Under the pieces are notes generated by a model, which saw nothing but the letters and a program-made list of their open reading frames with translations, had not been told where the DNA came from and made no database searches. Positions 1-9,623 of a DNA stretch of 64,000 nucleotides are shown here, piece by piece. The position numbers were made by a program, and so were the translations under genes. Within the stretch, counting starts at the first letter, position 1. Every line of letters begins with the position of its first letter. Source of the stretch: an uncultured Thermoproteaceae archaeon (GTDB lineage: Archaea > Thermoproteota > Thermoprotei > Thermoproteales > Thermocladiaceae); contig CAZNTG010000007.1 in assembly GCA_964575955.1 (NCBI GenBank), forward strand, positions 65,277 to 129,276, read 5' to 3'.

Positions 1-1230
1 CTTAGTTATCCCTATGAAGCTAGTTAGAGATCTATTATCAACCCTTGCATATCTTATGAATGTACTTAAACATATCGACCTTATGCTCTTAGGTACTGGT
101 ATATAACCCCTAACATATGTGTTATTCATAGACCAGACCACCGATAAGAATCTATATACTGCGATGGCCTTTAGAGGATTTTTGTAATATAGCTTAACTG
201 TTAAGTGTGAGAAGAATATTATTGGATAACTGTCGTTTCCGGGAGGATTCAATATTTTCTCAAATATCTTCTCCTTCCATAGATCTCCTAGTGGATTAAA
301 CTTTTCCTTTCTCAGTATTTCTGCAGCATTTTCAAATGCTTCTACAATATTTCTATATGATGGATATACAAAATTTCCGTATCTGTTCAATATTCTTGCC
401 ATATTTAAGTTAGAGAATATTGCATAGCTCCATTCAACATAGCCTATTGAACCCGGAGTACGTTTGACTGTTGATGCAATTCCATAATTGCCTGATGCGT
501 ATATTCCATAAGCTATAGTATGTGCATATTCTCTCCAAATACTTGACCAGTCAGGTCTAAAGTATGCCATGGGACCTCTTTTACTGTACTGTATTCTCAT
601 TATCTTTCTGAATGTATTTGACACAATAGTTAGATAAGTTACAAATATGAATGTTGTTCCACTAGCTTCTCTTCTAACTACTGGTATTATAGGTATGTAA
701 TAGTGATGATCTTTACATGTCTTAATAAGACCCTTATTATACCTTAGGATCTCTTTATTACACCAATTTCTTATTTTTCCTATGAATATGTTAGCTATTA
801 TCTCTCCAGTTAAGTTTAATGTTCCAGAGATTCCAGGAATGTTATATATTAATACGACTGCGCCACCAACGTCAGGACATTCAAGTAATGGCCCATATTT
901 TCTATATGCTTCTTCCCACTGCTGTGTTGGCATTGGTGGATCATGAAGCGCTATATCATATATCCCTTCTAAAAAGCCAGCAATACCTTTACCGCTACCG
1001 ACTGCATCATATATCACCGTTATGTTTGGGTACCTTTTCTCTAAAATACTTATCCATTTCTCAATTTGGTACATTGGCGCTGTTGCTCCACCTATTCTAA
1101 TCACTATAGATGATCTTTGAGGTGCTTTTTCTACCTGTTTCACACTATGTGCAGTGTATAAGTAGATTGCTATACCGAGAACTACAGCTACAACTAGTAT
1201 AGTAATCAATATGTATTGTGTCTTAGCCAT
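1..1230 (-). CDS. pstS: Phosphate ABC transporter substrate-binding protein (runs off left edge)
   Basis: Not in ORF track. Manual translation from ATG at 1230 gives MAKTQYILITILVVAVVLGIAIY (anchor), GGATAPMYQIEKW, YDAVGSGKG, VVRREASGTTFIF, which are PstS motifs; divergent from pstB. Confidence 0.85.
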   Translation of the reverse strand, partial: MAKTQYILITILVVAVVLGIAIYLYTAHSVKQVEKAPQRSSIVIRIGGATAPMYQIEKWISILEKRYPNITVIYDAVGSGKGIAGFLEGIYDIALHDPPMPTQQWEEAYRKYGPLLECPDVGGAVVLIYNIPGISGTLNLTGEIIANIFIGKIRNWCNKEILRYNKGLIKTCKDHHYYIPIIPVVRREASGTTFIFVTYLTIVSNTFRKIMRIQYSKRGPMAYFRPDWSSIWREYAHTIAYGIYASGNYGIASTVKRTPGSIGYVEWSYAIFSNLNMARILNRYGNFVYPSYRNIVEAFENAAEILRKEKFNPLGDLWKEKIFEKILNPPGNDSYPIIFFSHLTVKLYYKNPLKAIAVYRFLSVVWSMNNTYVRGYIPVPKSIRSICLSTFIRYARVDNRSLTSFIGITK

Positions 1231-1376
1231 GGGATATCAATGAACTATATATTTTTAAGTTGTACCTCTATAATTGTAGGTAAGTCTTTTATATAGCTAT
1301 ATAGATTATGTATATCGCTACATAATCTAAGTAAGACATTACTATTTTAAAACCAACTTCTAGAGTATTAAGTAAC

Positions 1377-2165
1377 GTGGGTCAAGACTTACTATTCACT
1401 ATAGAGAGGTTGAATGTCTGGTATAGACAGGGTAGAAAGATAGTACATGCATTAAAAGATGTTACAGTATCAATTCCTAGGAGAAAGTTAACTGTAATTA
1501 TTGGAAGATCTGGTAGTGGTAAATCAACATTCTTAAGAACTTTAAATAGAGTTATAGAAGTATATAATGCGAAGATTAGCGGTAAAGTATTGTTTAAGGG
1601 TGAAGATATATTTAAATTAAATCCACAAGAACTTAGAACTAGAGTTGTAATGGTTCTTCAAAGACCTATAGCATTACCAATGAGCATATTTGACAATATT
1701 GCATATCCATTGAAATCTATAAGAAAGATTAAGGATAAGAATGAGATTAAGATTAGAGTTGAAGAAGCTTTAAAACTTGCAAATCTGTGGAATGAGGTTA
1801 AAGATAGACTACATCTACCTGCTACAAATCTATCTGGTGGTCAAATTCAGAGACTTGCAATTGCTAGAGCAATTGCCCTAAATCCTGAAGTGTTACTCTT
1901 AGATGAACCTACAGCACATCTAGATCCAGAATCTACTAGATATATCGAGAATACAATACTTAAATTGAAAGAGAAGATTGATATAATATTTGTAACACAC
2001 TCAATAGAACAGGCAAGAAGACTTGCAGAATATGTAATATATTTTGAAGATGGGAGAGTAGTAGAGGCAGGACCAGCAGACGAGATATTGGAAAGACCTA
2101 GAAGTGAAGAGTTGAGAAGGTTTTTAAATATATTTGAAAGAAGAGAGATTAAGATTACAGTATAG
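1377..2165 (+). CDS. pstB: Phosphate ABC transporter ATP-binding protein
   Basis: GRSGSGKSTFLRTLNR, PMSIFDNIAY, LWNEVKDRL, LSGGQIQRLAIARA, LLLDEPT. Confidence 0.9.
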   Translation: MGQDLLFTIERLNVWYRQGRKIVHALKDVTVSIPRRKLTVIIGRSGSGKSTFLRTLNRVIEVYNAKISGKVLFKGEDIFKLNPQELRTRVVMVLQRPIALPMSIFDNIAYPLKSIRKIKDKNEIKIRVEEALKLANLWNEVKDRLHLPATNLSGGQIQRLAIARAIALNPEVLLLDEPTAHLDPESTRYIENTILKLKEKIDIIFVTHSIEQARRLAEYVIYFEDGRVVEAGPADEILERPRSEELRRFLNIFERREIKITV

Positions 2166-2168
2166 TTT

Positions 2169-3584
2169 TTATGAAGGTGGTGTAAATACAGACTTTAAAT
2201 ATTCAACAATCTTACCTGTCTCTAAGTTCCACATACCTACAAGTTTCCATTCACATCCTGTCTTTGTCTTTGCTGGTATTACTGCGTATATGTTGTAGTT
2301 AGCTCCTGCTCTGTCGTGGTATTTGTCTAGTGTTATTGGTCCTGTTAGTGCTCCTTTACCCCATAGTTTTCCTGTTACCCATGGTCCTGTTAGTGGTCCT
2401 TTCTTTGTTGGTATTGGTTTTCCTTCACTGTATAGTTTTGCTACTTGTGGTAGTATTTCGTTTATGTATGTTGTGTTTAGTGTTCCAGTGTCTATGTATG
2501 ACTTTATTATTGATAGTGCTGCAATCCATACTGCGTCATATTCTATTGATGCATATTCCCATGTTCCAACAACACCTGGATGTTCTTTCAATATTCTCTC
2601 TTTTAACCAGTTCATTCTACTTTCAGGTAGTCCAACTACTGTTGATAGTAGTCTAACTTTTGTAGCTATTGGACATACCTTATATACTGCTGGACTACCT
2701 GCAAATCCATCACATCCAAGCCATATAACCTTCATTAGTGTTGGATAGCTTGATGCTGTCTTTAGAATGTATGCTATTTCGTCAAATGTTATTGCTTCAA
2801 CAGCTACATGTGCAATACCGTACTTAGCTACGAAGGATTTAATACATGAGTCAAGTCTAGCTACATAGCTTGTAAATGTGCTTGCAGATGGTGGATATCC
2901 AATTGCTACATACTTAATACCATACTTATCAAGATTCTTCTCTAAATACTCAGTCAATCCTTTACCCCATGGATCAACACGGTAGATTATACATACAGCC
3001 TTAATTCCAAGATCTTTAATTATTGTTGCTAATGCCTTACTCTGCCACATGTCTGGTGGTGCTAGTCTAAATACGTATGGCTTAACAACATGTAGACTCA
3101 TAGCTGTTGATGATTGTGAAATAACAATAATACGGTCAGCTTCAGCCATCTTGTATATTGCTGTCAATGCAAGACTACTCATAGGACCAATAATAACCTT
3201 AATACCAGCACTCTTAGCAGCTTGATAAGCCTTAACAGCACCTTGATAAGTGGTCGATGTATCGTAGAAAGCAGCCCTAAACCTATATGGTAATCCAACA
3301 CTTGCAAGCCAACTATTAATATCATGAATAGCAAGCTCAGCAACATACTTATTCAAAACACCATCACTAGCTAAACCACCAGACAAAGGCAAAAGAAAAC
3401 CTAGAGTTACAGTAGTTACAGCCGTGGGCTTTGTTGGTTTTGTTGGTTTCTTTGCTGTTACTGTTGGTGCAGCCTTTGTTGGTGCTTTATGTGATATTGC
3501 ATACCAAACTCCAACACCTATAACTATTATTGCTATTATGACTCCAGCTATTATAGCTCCTACCTTCTTGCTAACCATAGTCAA
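2169..3584 (-). CDS. Branched-chain amino acid ABC substrate-binding protein (LivK-like)
   Basis: N-terminal TM, P/T/K linker, LGFLLPLSG, IIGPMSS, YVFRLAPPD, YDAVWIAAL. Confidence 0.85.
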   Translation of the reverse strand: MTMVSKKVGAIIAGVIIAIIVIGVGVWYAISHKAPTKAAPTVTAKKPTKPTKPTAVTTVTLGFLLPLSGGLASDGVLNKYVAELAIHDINSWLASVGLPYRFRAAFYDTSTTYQGAVKAYQAAKSAGIKVIIGPMSSLALTAIYKMAEADRIIVISQSSTAMSLHVVKPYVFRLAPPDMWQSKALATIIKDLGIKAVCIIYRVDPWGKGLTEYLEKNLDKYGIKYVAIGYPPSASTFTSYVARLDSCIKSFVAKYGIAHVAVEAITFDEIAYILKTASSYPTLMKVIWLGCDGFAGSPAVYKVCPIATKVRLLSTVVGLPESRMNWLKERILKEHPGVVGTWEYASIEYDAVWIAALSIIKSYIDTGTLNTTYINEILPQVAKLYSEGKPIPTKKGPLTGPWVTGKLWGKGALTGPITLDKYHDRAGANYNIYAVIPAKTKTGCEWKLVGMWNLETGKIVEYLKSVFTPPS

Positions 3585-3767
3585 ATCCTAGTATTATCAA
3601 CTACTTTTAAGTTGTATCACAAGTTGTGTCTAGTAGTGACGTTATAGGTGTAGCAATCTGATCAATATACTCAATGATGTCCATCTAGAAGTGTTATAAT
3701 TCTCAATAAGTTTAAAATATGTACATCTGATAACATTTAAATCCTCGTATATGCGTATCTTCGAATT

Positions 3768-4682
3768 ATGATTAGTTCCTTCATTATTCAAGCTGTGTGT
3801 TACAGTAATATAATAGCTCTACTAACTATTAGTCTAACTTTAACATACATGACTACTAAAGTGCCAAACTTTATGCAGGGAAGTTTTGCTATGGTTGGTA
3901 CGTATGTAGCTACAGCTATGTACTATCTACTACATATACATCCATACTTCTCACTATCTGTTGAGTGTATTATTGGTGCGATAGTTGGCATATTGGTATA
4001 CTACCTGATTATAAGACCATTGATTAGGAGAGGTGCATCTATAGTAATGCTCATGATAGCTACATTTGCTGGAGACTTCATACTATGTGGACTATTGTTC
4101 ATATATGCTAACTATCTTCAAGATCTTGGAATACAGGTTAGACCTCTATGGTATGCATCTGACTTCACTATAGGTTCAATACCTATGTTACTCATATTCT
4201 CAACATTGTCGATAGCTGTACTTTACATAATACTATTCACAATACTTTACAAGACTAAGTTTGGAATAGCTGTAAGAGCAGCTGTAGAAAATCCATCACT
4301 TGCTCAAACTCTTGGAGTTAATTTAGAAGCTGTGAGAGTATTTTCATGGGCTCTCTCAGGTCTCTTATCAGCATATGCTGGAGTTTTATGGCCATTAATA
4401 CCGAGTGTCAGTGTTACAGACCCATCATATGGGTCAAGTCAGCTACCACTAATATTTGCGTCAAGCATTGTTGGAGGACTTGATAGTCTTATAGGTGCTA
4501 TAATTGGTGGATATGTTATAGGACTGTCACAGATATTTCTACCATACATAACAGGATATACAGAGCTAGGCTATGTATTTCCTCTAATAATAATGGTTAT
4601 AGTATTGCTAATATGTCCTAAAGGTATTGGTAGTTTAATAGAAAGATTATTAGGTAGAAAAGTTATCACACGTAGAGTGTAG
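3768..4682 (+). CDS. Branched-chain amino acid ABC permease (LivH-like)
   Basis: VPNFMQGSFAMVG, KTKFGIAVRAAVENPSLAQTLGVN, IVGGLDS. Confidence 0.88.
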   Translation: MISSFIIQAVCYSNIIALLTISLTLTYMTTKVPNFMQGSFAMVGTYVATAMYYLLHIHPYFSLSVECIIGAIVGILVYYLIIRPLIRRGASIVMLMIATFAGDFILCGLLFIYANYLQDLGIQVRPLWYASDFTIGSIPMLLIFSTLSIAVLYIILFTILYKTKFGIAVRAAVENPSLAQTLGVNLEAVRVFSWALSGLLSAYAGVLWPLIPSVSVTDPSYGSSQLPLIFASSIVGGLDSLIGAIIGGYVIGLSQIFLPYITGYTELGYVFPLIIMVIVLLICPKGIGSLIERLLGRKVITRRV

Positions 4683-4684
4683 CT

Positions 4685-5659
4685 ATGTCAAGCATAGTAC
4701 CACTACTAGAGTATATAGGTGTGTGGTTTGGACTCTACCTGCTAGTATCATCAGGACTTAATATAGAGGTTGGATATGCAGGAATTCCAAACTTCGGTAA
4801 AGCTATGTCATATGCTGTTGGAATGTTAGCAGTATACCCACTGTGGAATTGGGCATTGAAGTATGTTCAAGGAAATGCACTTGCATCAATAGGACTTCTA
4901 ATAGCTATTGTCATAACAAGCTTCATAATAGGATTTGCTGTTGGAGCTGTATCTATAATACCTGCTGTAAGATTGAAAGAGGATTACCTAGCCATGTATC
5001 TACTAGGAATAGCAGAAATAACAATATACTTACTATACCTCAAAGTATTTACACCACTAGGACAACCTCTTAGTGGAGATATATTTGCATGGGCAGGACC
5101 TTATGAAGATAAGGTCTCTGTACTATGCATAGTCATAATAGCCATAGTAGTATTCTACATACTTAACAGACTATGTAATACACCATTTGGAAGAGTATTA
5201 AGAGCAATGAGAGAAAATGAGCTTGTTGTACAGACATTAGGAAGAAATGTCACAATATTAAGAATAATAGCAATGGGAATAGGATCAGGAGTAGCAGCAA
5301 TAGCAGGTGCATTAAATGCACTATATCTACAGGCAGCAGCTGTAGGAGTAATGGCTAGACTATACTGGACATTCATACCATGGCTAATAATACTACTAGG
5401 AGGAGTAGGAGGATTAATAGGAACACTCGTAGGAACACTAATCTACGTAATAATTAGAGCACTAATAAGAACATATGGACCACTAACAGCACTACCATTC
5501 CCACCAAACTACCTATTCCTATGGGTAATGTTTGGAGTAGTAATAATCATAATACTACTATTCAGACCAGAAGGATTAATACCAGAAAAACCAATATTCA
5601 CGAAACCAATGAAGAAATTGAAAGAACTAATGAAAAACAGGAAAAACAAAGAGAAATAA
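4685..5659 (+). CDS. Branched-chain amino acid ABC permease (LivM-like)
   Basis: GLNIEVGYAGIPNFG, RLKEDYLA, PFGRVLRAMRENE, FRPEGL. Confidence 0.88.
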   Translation: MSSIVPLLEYIGVWFGLYLLVSSGLNIEVGYAGIPNFGKAMSYAVGMLAVYPLWNWALKYVQGNALASIGLLIAIVITSFIIGFAVGAVSIIPAVRLKEDYLAMYLLGIAEITIYLLYLKVFTPLGQPLSGDIFAWAGPYEDKVSVLCIVIIAIVVFYILNRLCNTPFGRVLRAMRENELVVQTLGRNVTILRIIAMGIGSGVAAIAGALNALYLQAAAVGVMARLYWTFIPWLIILLGGVGGLIGTLVGTLIYVIIRALIRTYGPLTALPFPPNYLFLWVMFGVVIIIILLFRPEGLIPEKPIFTKPMKKLKELMKNRKNKEK

Positions 5660-5675
5660 GCAAGATCGAAAACAA

Positions 5676-5753
5676 TGGAGCCCCGGCCGGGATTTGAACC
5701 CGGGACCTGCCGATTACCAGTCGGCCGCTCTAACCGGGCTGAGCTACCGGGGC
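5676..5753 (-). tRNA. tRNA-Thr(GGT), CCA encoded
   Basis: Revcomp GCCCCGG-TAGCTCAG...GCCGA-CTGGTAA-TCGGC...GGTTCAAATCC...CCGGGGC-T-CCA. Confidence 0.97.
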
Positions 5754-5874
5754 TTTACAGTCGTAGTTTCACAATATTGTTATTTTAAAAACTTTCCTTT
5801 ACGTAAGGTTGATGTAATAGAAAGTTTGCATAGAGATAGATTTAAAAATAGTCTGTAATCTAGACATGTTCGAA

Positions 5875-5952
5875 GGCCCCGTAGCTCAGCCTGGATAGAG
5901 CGGCGGCCTTCTAAGCCGTAGGTCCCGGGTTCAAATCCCGGCGGGGCCGCCA
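5875..5952 (+). tRNA. tRNA-Arg(TCT), CCA encoded
   Basis: GGCCCCG...GCGGC-CTTCTAA-GCCGT...GGTTCAAATCC...CGGGGCC-G-CCA; divergent from tRNA-Thr with TTTAAA boxes between. Confidence 0.97.
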
Positions 5953-6675
5953 GAGTGTCTCTATGATGACCTTTCTATACCTTATTTCGTTTTTCACTAT
6001 CCTGCTTATTATGTCTTCAAGTTTTGTGTTTTCTAGGTTTTGTATGTATTTTTGTATTATGTTTCTATAAACTATTCTTGATAATTTATTTCCTATTGTT
6101 GTAACTATACTACATGTTGTATATCCTTTATAGTCTATTGGTGCTGATATTGTTAATGTGTCTGTCATTGTTCCTGTTGGTCTCGAATTACATTCTAGTA
6201 ATGTATCTACAATTGCTATTGTCTTAGCTTCTATAATAGTCCTGTATAGGTCTAGTAATCCTTGAGGTGTTAATTTAGTATCGGTACATACTACTATGTT
6301 TATAGTTCCACCAACTAGTGGTGTATATATTTTGTCATAGTCTATACATACTACAGGTTCTAGACCTATAGTCATTACAACATCTATAGTATTATCTTCT
6401 ACATTTTCGATAATTCTAACTCTATCATTAACATCAACACATGTTAACAATACCACAGTCTCATTAGGTAGGTTATATTTGTCTAATATCTCTCTTCTAC
6501 ACCACTTATATACATCTCTCTCATTAAAATCTCTTGATACAGTCTTCAAAATTATGTATCTATACTTTCCAAATCCTCCAAATATTCCTGAAGATATTGT
6601 AGTGTAGTTTTCAGGTATTTCATACAGTATTGTGTATTTTTCAAGTCTCTTCTCTCTTAATAATCCTCTAGTCAT
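5911..6675 (-). CDS. Adenosylcobinamide amidohydrolase (CbiZ)-like protein
   Basis: TISSGIFGG, GGTINIVV, TIIEAKT, TGTMTD motifs; C-terminus overlaps tRNA-Arg antisense. Confidence 0.7.
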   Translation of the reverse strand: MTRGLLREKRLEKYTILYEIPENYTTISSGIFGGFGKYRYIILKTVSRDFNERDVYKWCRREILDKYNLPNETVVLLTCVDVNDRVRIIENVEDNTIDVVMTIGLEPVVCIDYDKIYTPLVGGTINIVVCTDTKLTPQGLLDLYRTIIEAKTIAIVDTLLECNSRPTGTMTDTLTISAPIDYKGYTTCSIVTTIGNKLSRIVYRNIIQKYIQNLENTKLEDIISRIVKNEIRYRKVIIETLWRPRRDLNPGPTA

Positions 6676-6715
6676 ATTGTCTAAAGCTTGAGGTATAGTT
6701 TATATATAGTGACTG

Positions 6716-7945
6716 ATGGGTGTAGAAGAGGGTGGTCACTATACGAACAAGAAGATTTCTAGAGTTGTTCTAGCATACTCAGGTGGTCTAGATACTTCTA
6801 TATGTATAAAATGGTTAATAGAGAAGTATGGTTGTGAAGTTATTACAGTAACTGTAGATGTTGGTCAGGGTGATGATTTTAGAGAAATTGAAGAACGTGC
6901 ATATAGGATTGGTGCAGTTAAACACTACACTATCGATGCTAAGGAAGAATTTGTAAATAACTACATTGCACAGGCAATTAAAGCTAATGCATTTTATGAA
7001 GGAAAATATCCTCTAGGTACTGCACTTGCAAGACCATTAATTGCTGAGAAGGTTGTTGAAATAGCTAAGAAGGAGAGTGCAGATGCGATAGCTCATGGAT
7101 GTACATCGAAAGGTAATGATCAGATACGTTTTGAGGCAGTTATTAGAGCTTTAGCACCTGAAATTGAGATATTAGCACCTGTTAGATGTTGGAATATGAC
7201 TAGAGCTGAAGAGATCGAGTATGCTAGAAAACATGGAATACCAATACCTGAAATACATAAGAGATTTAGTATCGATGCAAACATATGGTCAAGAAGTATT
7301 GAAGGTCCAGAACTAGATGATCCTATGGTTGAAGTTCCTGAAGATGCTCTTGAATGGGTTACACCAATAGAGAAAGCTCCAGATAAACCACTATATTTAG
7401 AGATAGAGTTTAGAGATGGTATACCAATATCTATAAATGGTGAAAAGATGAAACTTATAGACATCATAAACACATTAAATAGACTAGCTGGAAGTTGTGG
7501 TGTTGGACTTATAGACCATATAGAGAATAGAACTGTAGGTTTTAAGAGTAGAGAAGTATATGAAGCACCTGCAGCTGTGACAATATTTGAGGCACATAGA
7601 GAAATTGAAAAGATAGTATACACACCACATGAATGGAGATTTAAACAGATAGTAGATATGACATGGAGTGACCTAGTGTATAGAGGACTATGGCTAGAAC
7701 CACTACGTATAGAATTGTCAAAACTTGTAGAAGAGATGAACAGGTGGATAAGTGGAGTTGTAAAACTCAAACTATATAAAGGAAATGTAGTACCTGTAGG
7801 TAGATGGAGTGAATATGCAAGCTATGATAAAGAACTTGCAGACTATATAAAAGGTTGGTATCCTACAGATGAAGAAGCTAGAGGATTCATAATAATGCAT
7901 ACACAACATTCAACAATAGCATACTTGAAGAGATTTAAAAAATGA
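6716..7945 (+). CDS. argG: Argininosuccinate synthase
   Basis: LAYSGGLDTS, YPLGTALARPLIA, AHGCTSKGNDQIRFE, KSREVYEAP. Confidence 0.97.
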   Translation: MGVEEGGHYTNKKISRVVLAYSGGLDTSICIKWLIEKYGCEVITVTVDVGQGDDFREIEERAYRIGAVKHYTIDAKEEFVNNYIAQAIKANAFYEGKYPLGTALARPLIAEKVVEIAKKESADAIAHGCTSKGNDQIRFEAVIRALAPEIEILAPVRCWNMTRAEEIEYARKHGIPIPEIHKRFSIDANIWSRSIEGPELDDPMVEVPEDALEWVTPIEKAPDKPLYLEIEFRDGIPISINGEKMKLIDIINTLNRLAGSCGVGLIDHIENRTVGFKSREVYEAPAAVTIFEAHREIEKIVYTPHEWRFKQIVDMTWSDLVYRGLWLEPLRIELSKLVEEMNRWISGVVKLKLYKGNVVPVGRWSEYASYDKELADYIKGWYPTDEEARGFIIMHTQHSTIAYLKRFKK

Positions 7946-7991
7946 TGAACAACGGCCGACCTGAATGGTGAAGAAGCTTGCTACTAACTGA
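7942..7991 (+). ncRNA. Box C/D methylation guide sRNA
   Basis: ATGATGA-12nt-CTGA-ATG-GTGAAGA-13nt-CTGA; C box overlaps argG stop, D box overlaps next gene start. Confidence 0.85.
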
Positions 7992-8832
7992 AAATATTAA
8001 AAATATAGTAAAAGAATTGATATATAGAGCACAGATAGAACTTCCAGAAGATGTATATAGAAAACTATTAGAAATATATAATAGCTATAAGATATCTGAC
8101 ACCTGTAGGAAGGTTCTAGAATGTATTATTGAGAATATTAAACTTGCTAGAGAATTAAGAAGACCTATATGTCAAGATACTGGAACTCACATATTTTTTA
8201 TAAGAGGTTCAAAGATATGCATAGATAATAAGTTTATAGATATTTTGAAGAGAGCTGTTGAAGAAGCTACTAGAGAAATTCCACTTAGACCAAACGCTGT
8301 AGATGTCTTAACGAATAGAAATACAGGAACAGGAGTTGGTAAAGGCATTCCTGACGTTGAAATATTTATTGAAGATTTTGAAAATAACATTATTGAAATT
8401 ACGTACATACCGAAAGGTGGTGGTTGTGAATTACCATGTAGAGCATTTACAGTACCACCCACACTAGGTTTTAAATTTTTGAAGAAGGCTGTTGTTAAAT
8501 TAGTAAAATCATTAGGAAGATATGCATGTCCACCACTCACACTAGGTGTTGGTATAGGTGCAACAATAAGCATAGCTGTGAAAAATGCTATGAAAGCACT
8601 CTATCTAAGAGAGATAGATACTAGATCTGAAGATGAGAAAATAGCTAAAATTGAGGAAGAACTAATAGAACTATGCAATAAGACAAATATTGGAATACAA
8701 GGTCTAGGTGAAGGACCTACAGTACTAGATGTACATTTAGAAGTGAGCTGTAGACATCCAGCAACATTCTCAATAGCTATCGTAACATCATGCTGGGCTT
8801 TAAGAAGAGCTAAAACTTCCATAGTGTTATAG
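7978..8832 (+). CDS. Class I fumarate hydratase / tartrate dehydratase alpha subunit
   Basis: RPICQDTG, PLRPNAV, PKGGGCE, ACPP, GIQGLG, RHPA, SCWALRRA. Confidence 0.92.
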   Translation: MLLTENIKNIVKELIYRAQIELPEDVYRKLLEIYNSYKISDTCRKVLECIIENIKLARELRRPICQDTGTHIFFIRGSKICIDNKFIDILKRAVEEATREIPLRPNAVDVLTNRNTGTGVGKGIPDVEIFIEDFENNIIEITYIPKGGGCELPCRAFTVPPTLGFKFLKKAVVKLVKSLGRYACPPLTLGVGIGATISIAVKNAMKALYLREIDTRSEDEKIAKIEEELIELCNKTNIGIQGLGEGPTVLDVHLEVSCRHPATFSIAIVTSCWALRRAKTSIVL

Positions 8833-9552
8833 TCCTTCAATTTGTAGTACTAGTTCTCTAAATTTACAGCAGTAGTGTAGTGGTATTTGTCCAGGTGCTG
8901 TACCTTCATCGAGAGGACAAAACATCAATTTTGAACCTAGTAAGGGTGGTATTAGTCTATATATCTTCACGTTACCCATAGGGAATATTGCTAGATATGG
9001 TCTTTCTCTTCTATTTGCTATTCTTAAAAGTTCTATTATATCACTATCTGATGTTACTATTGATGCAATTTTTATAATATCAACTTCAGGAATTTTCAAA
9101 GCTTCATTAATAGTTATTGTTAGTTCTCTCTCTGTTGGTCTTTCATAGAAGTAGTGTTTTGAAATTATTAATCCTTCATATTCTGTTGTTTTAATATTCC
9201 TATAATACTTTCTATAAAACTCTAACTCTATATCTACATACGTGTTAGTCTTCCTCTCAAGAATTTCTAAAATCTTAAGTTTTAAATATGGTGATACTTC
9301 TCTAAAACCTCCTTCAGATTTTTCTCGAATTGTTATTATTTTTGGATAGTTAAACTCTTTAATAATTCTAATTACAGATTCTACATATTCTGAGCTGTCT
9401 GTTATCATTAGATAATCTATTCTAAATTCTACAAGATCAGCACCTTCACTAATAGCTTTCTCTGCCTGATGTATTGCTATGTCAACATTTTTTGTAGGTA
9501 TTGGACATGCTATCAGGAATTTTCTAGTATTTAATAATTCTCTAAGTTTCAC
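8827..9552 (-). CDS. aroD: Type I 3-dehydroquinate dehydratase
   Basis: GADLVEFRIDY, TIREKSEGG, YVDIEL, IISKH, TAPGQ. Confidence 0.88.
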   Translation of the reverse strand: MKLRELLNTRKFLIACPIPTKNVDIAIHQAEKAISEGADLVEFRIDYLMITDSSEYVESVIRIIKEFNYPKIITIREKSEGGFREVSPYLKLKILEILERKTNTYVDIELEFYRKYYRNIKTTEYEGLIISKHYFYERPTERELTITINEALKIPEVDIIKIASIVTSDSDIIELLRIANRRERPYLAIFPMGNVKIYRLIPPLLGSKLMFCPLDEGTAPGQIPLHYCCKFRELVLQIEGL

Positions 9553-9623
9553 AGAATGTTAAGATTATAATCTCTTAAAATTAAGAGATAGACATGTGTA
9601 TATTGTGCATATTTGGTAATAAA

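Noticed and set aside
819-1100. 93-aa + strand ORF and the many other short antisense or nested ORFs in the track
   Set aside because: Shadows of well-supported genes (here pstS)
2338-2395. 13-bp direct repeat GGTCCTGTTAGTG and PTK repeats in livK
   Set aside because: Small in-frame coding repeats/linker, not an array
3636-3730. C/D-like boxes between livK and livH
   Set aside because: Poor C box and wrong spacing; region is a divergent promoter
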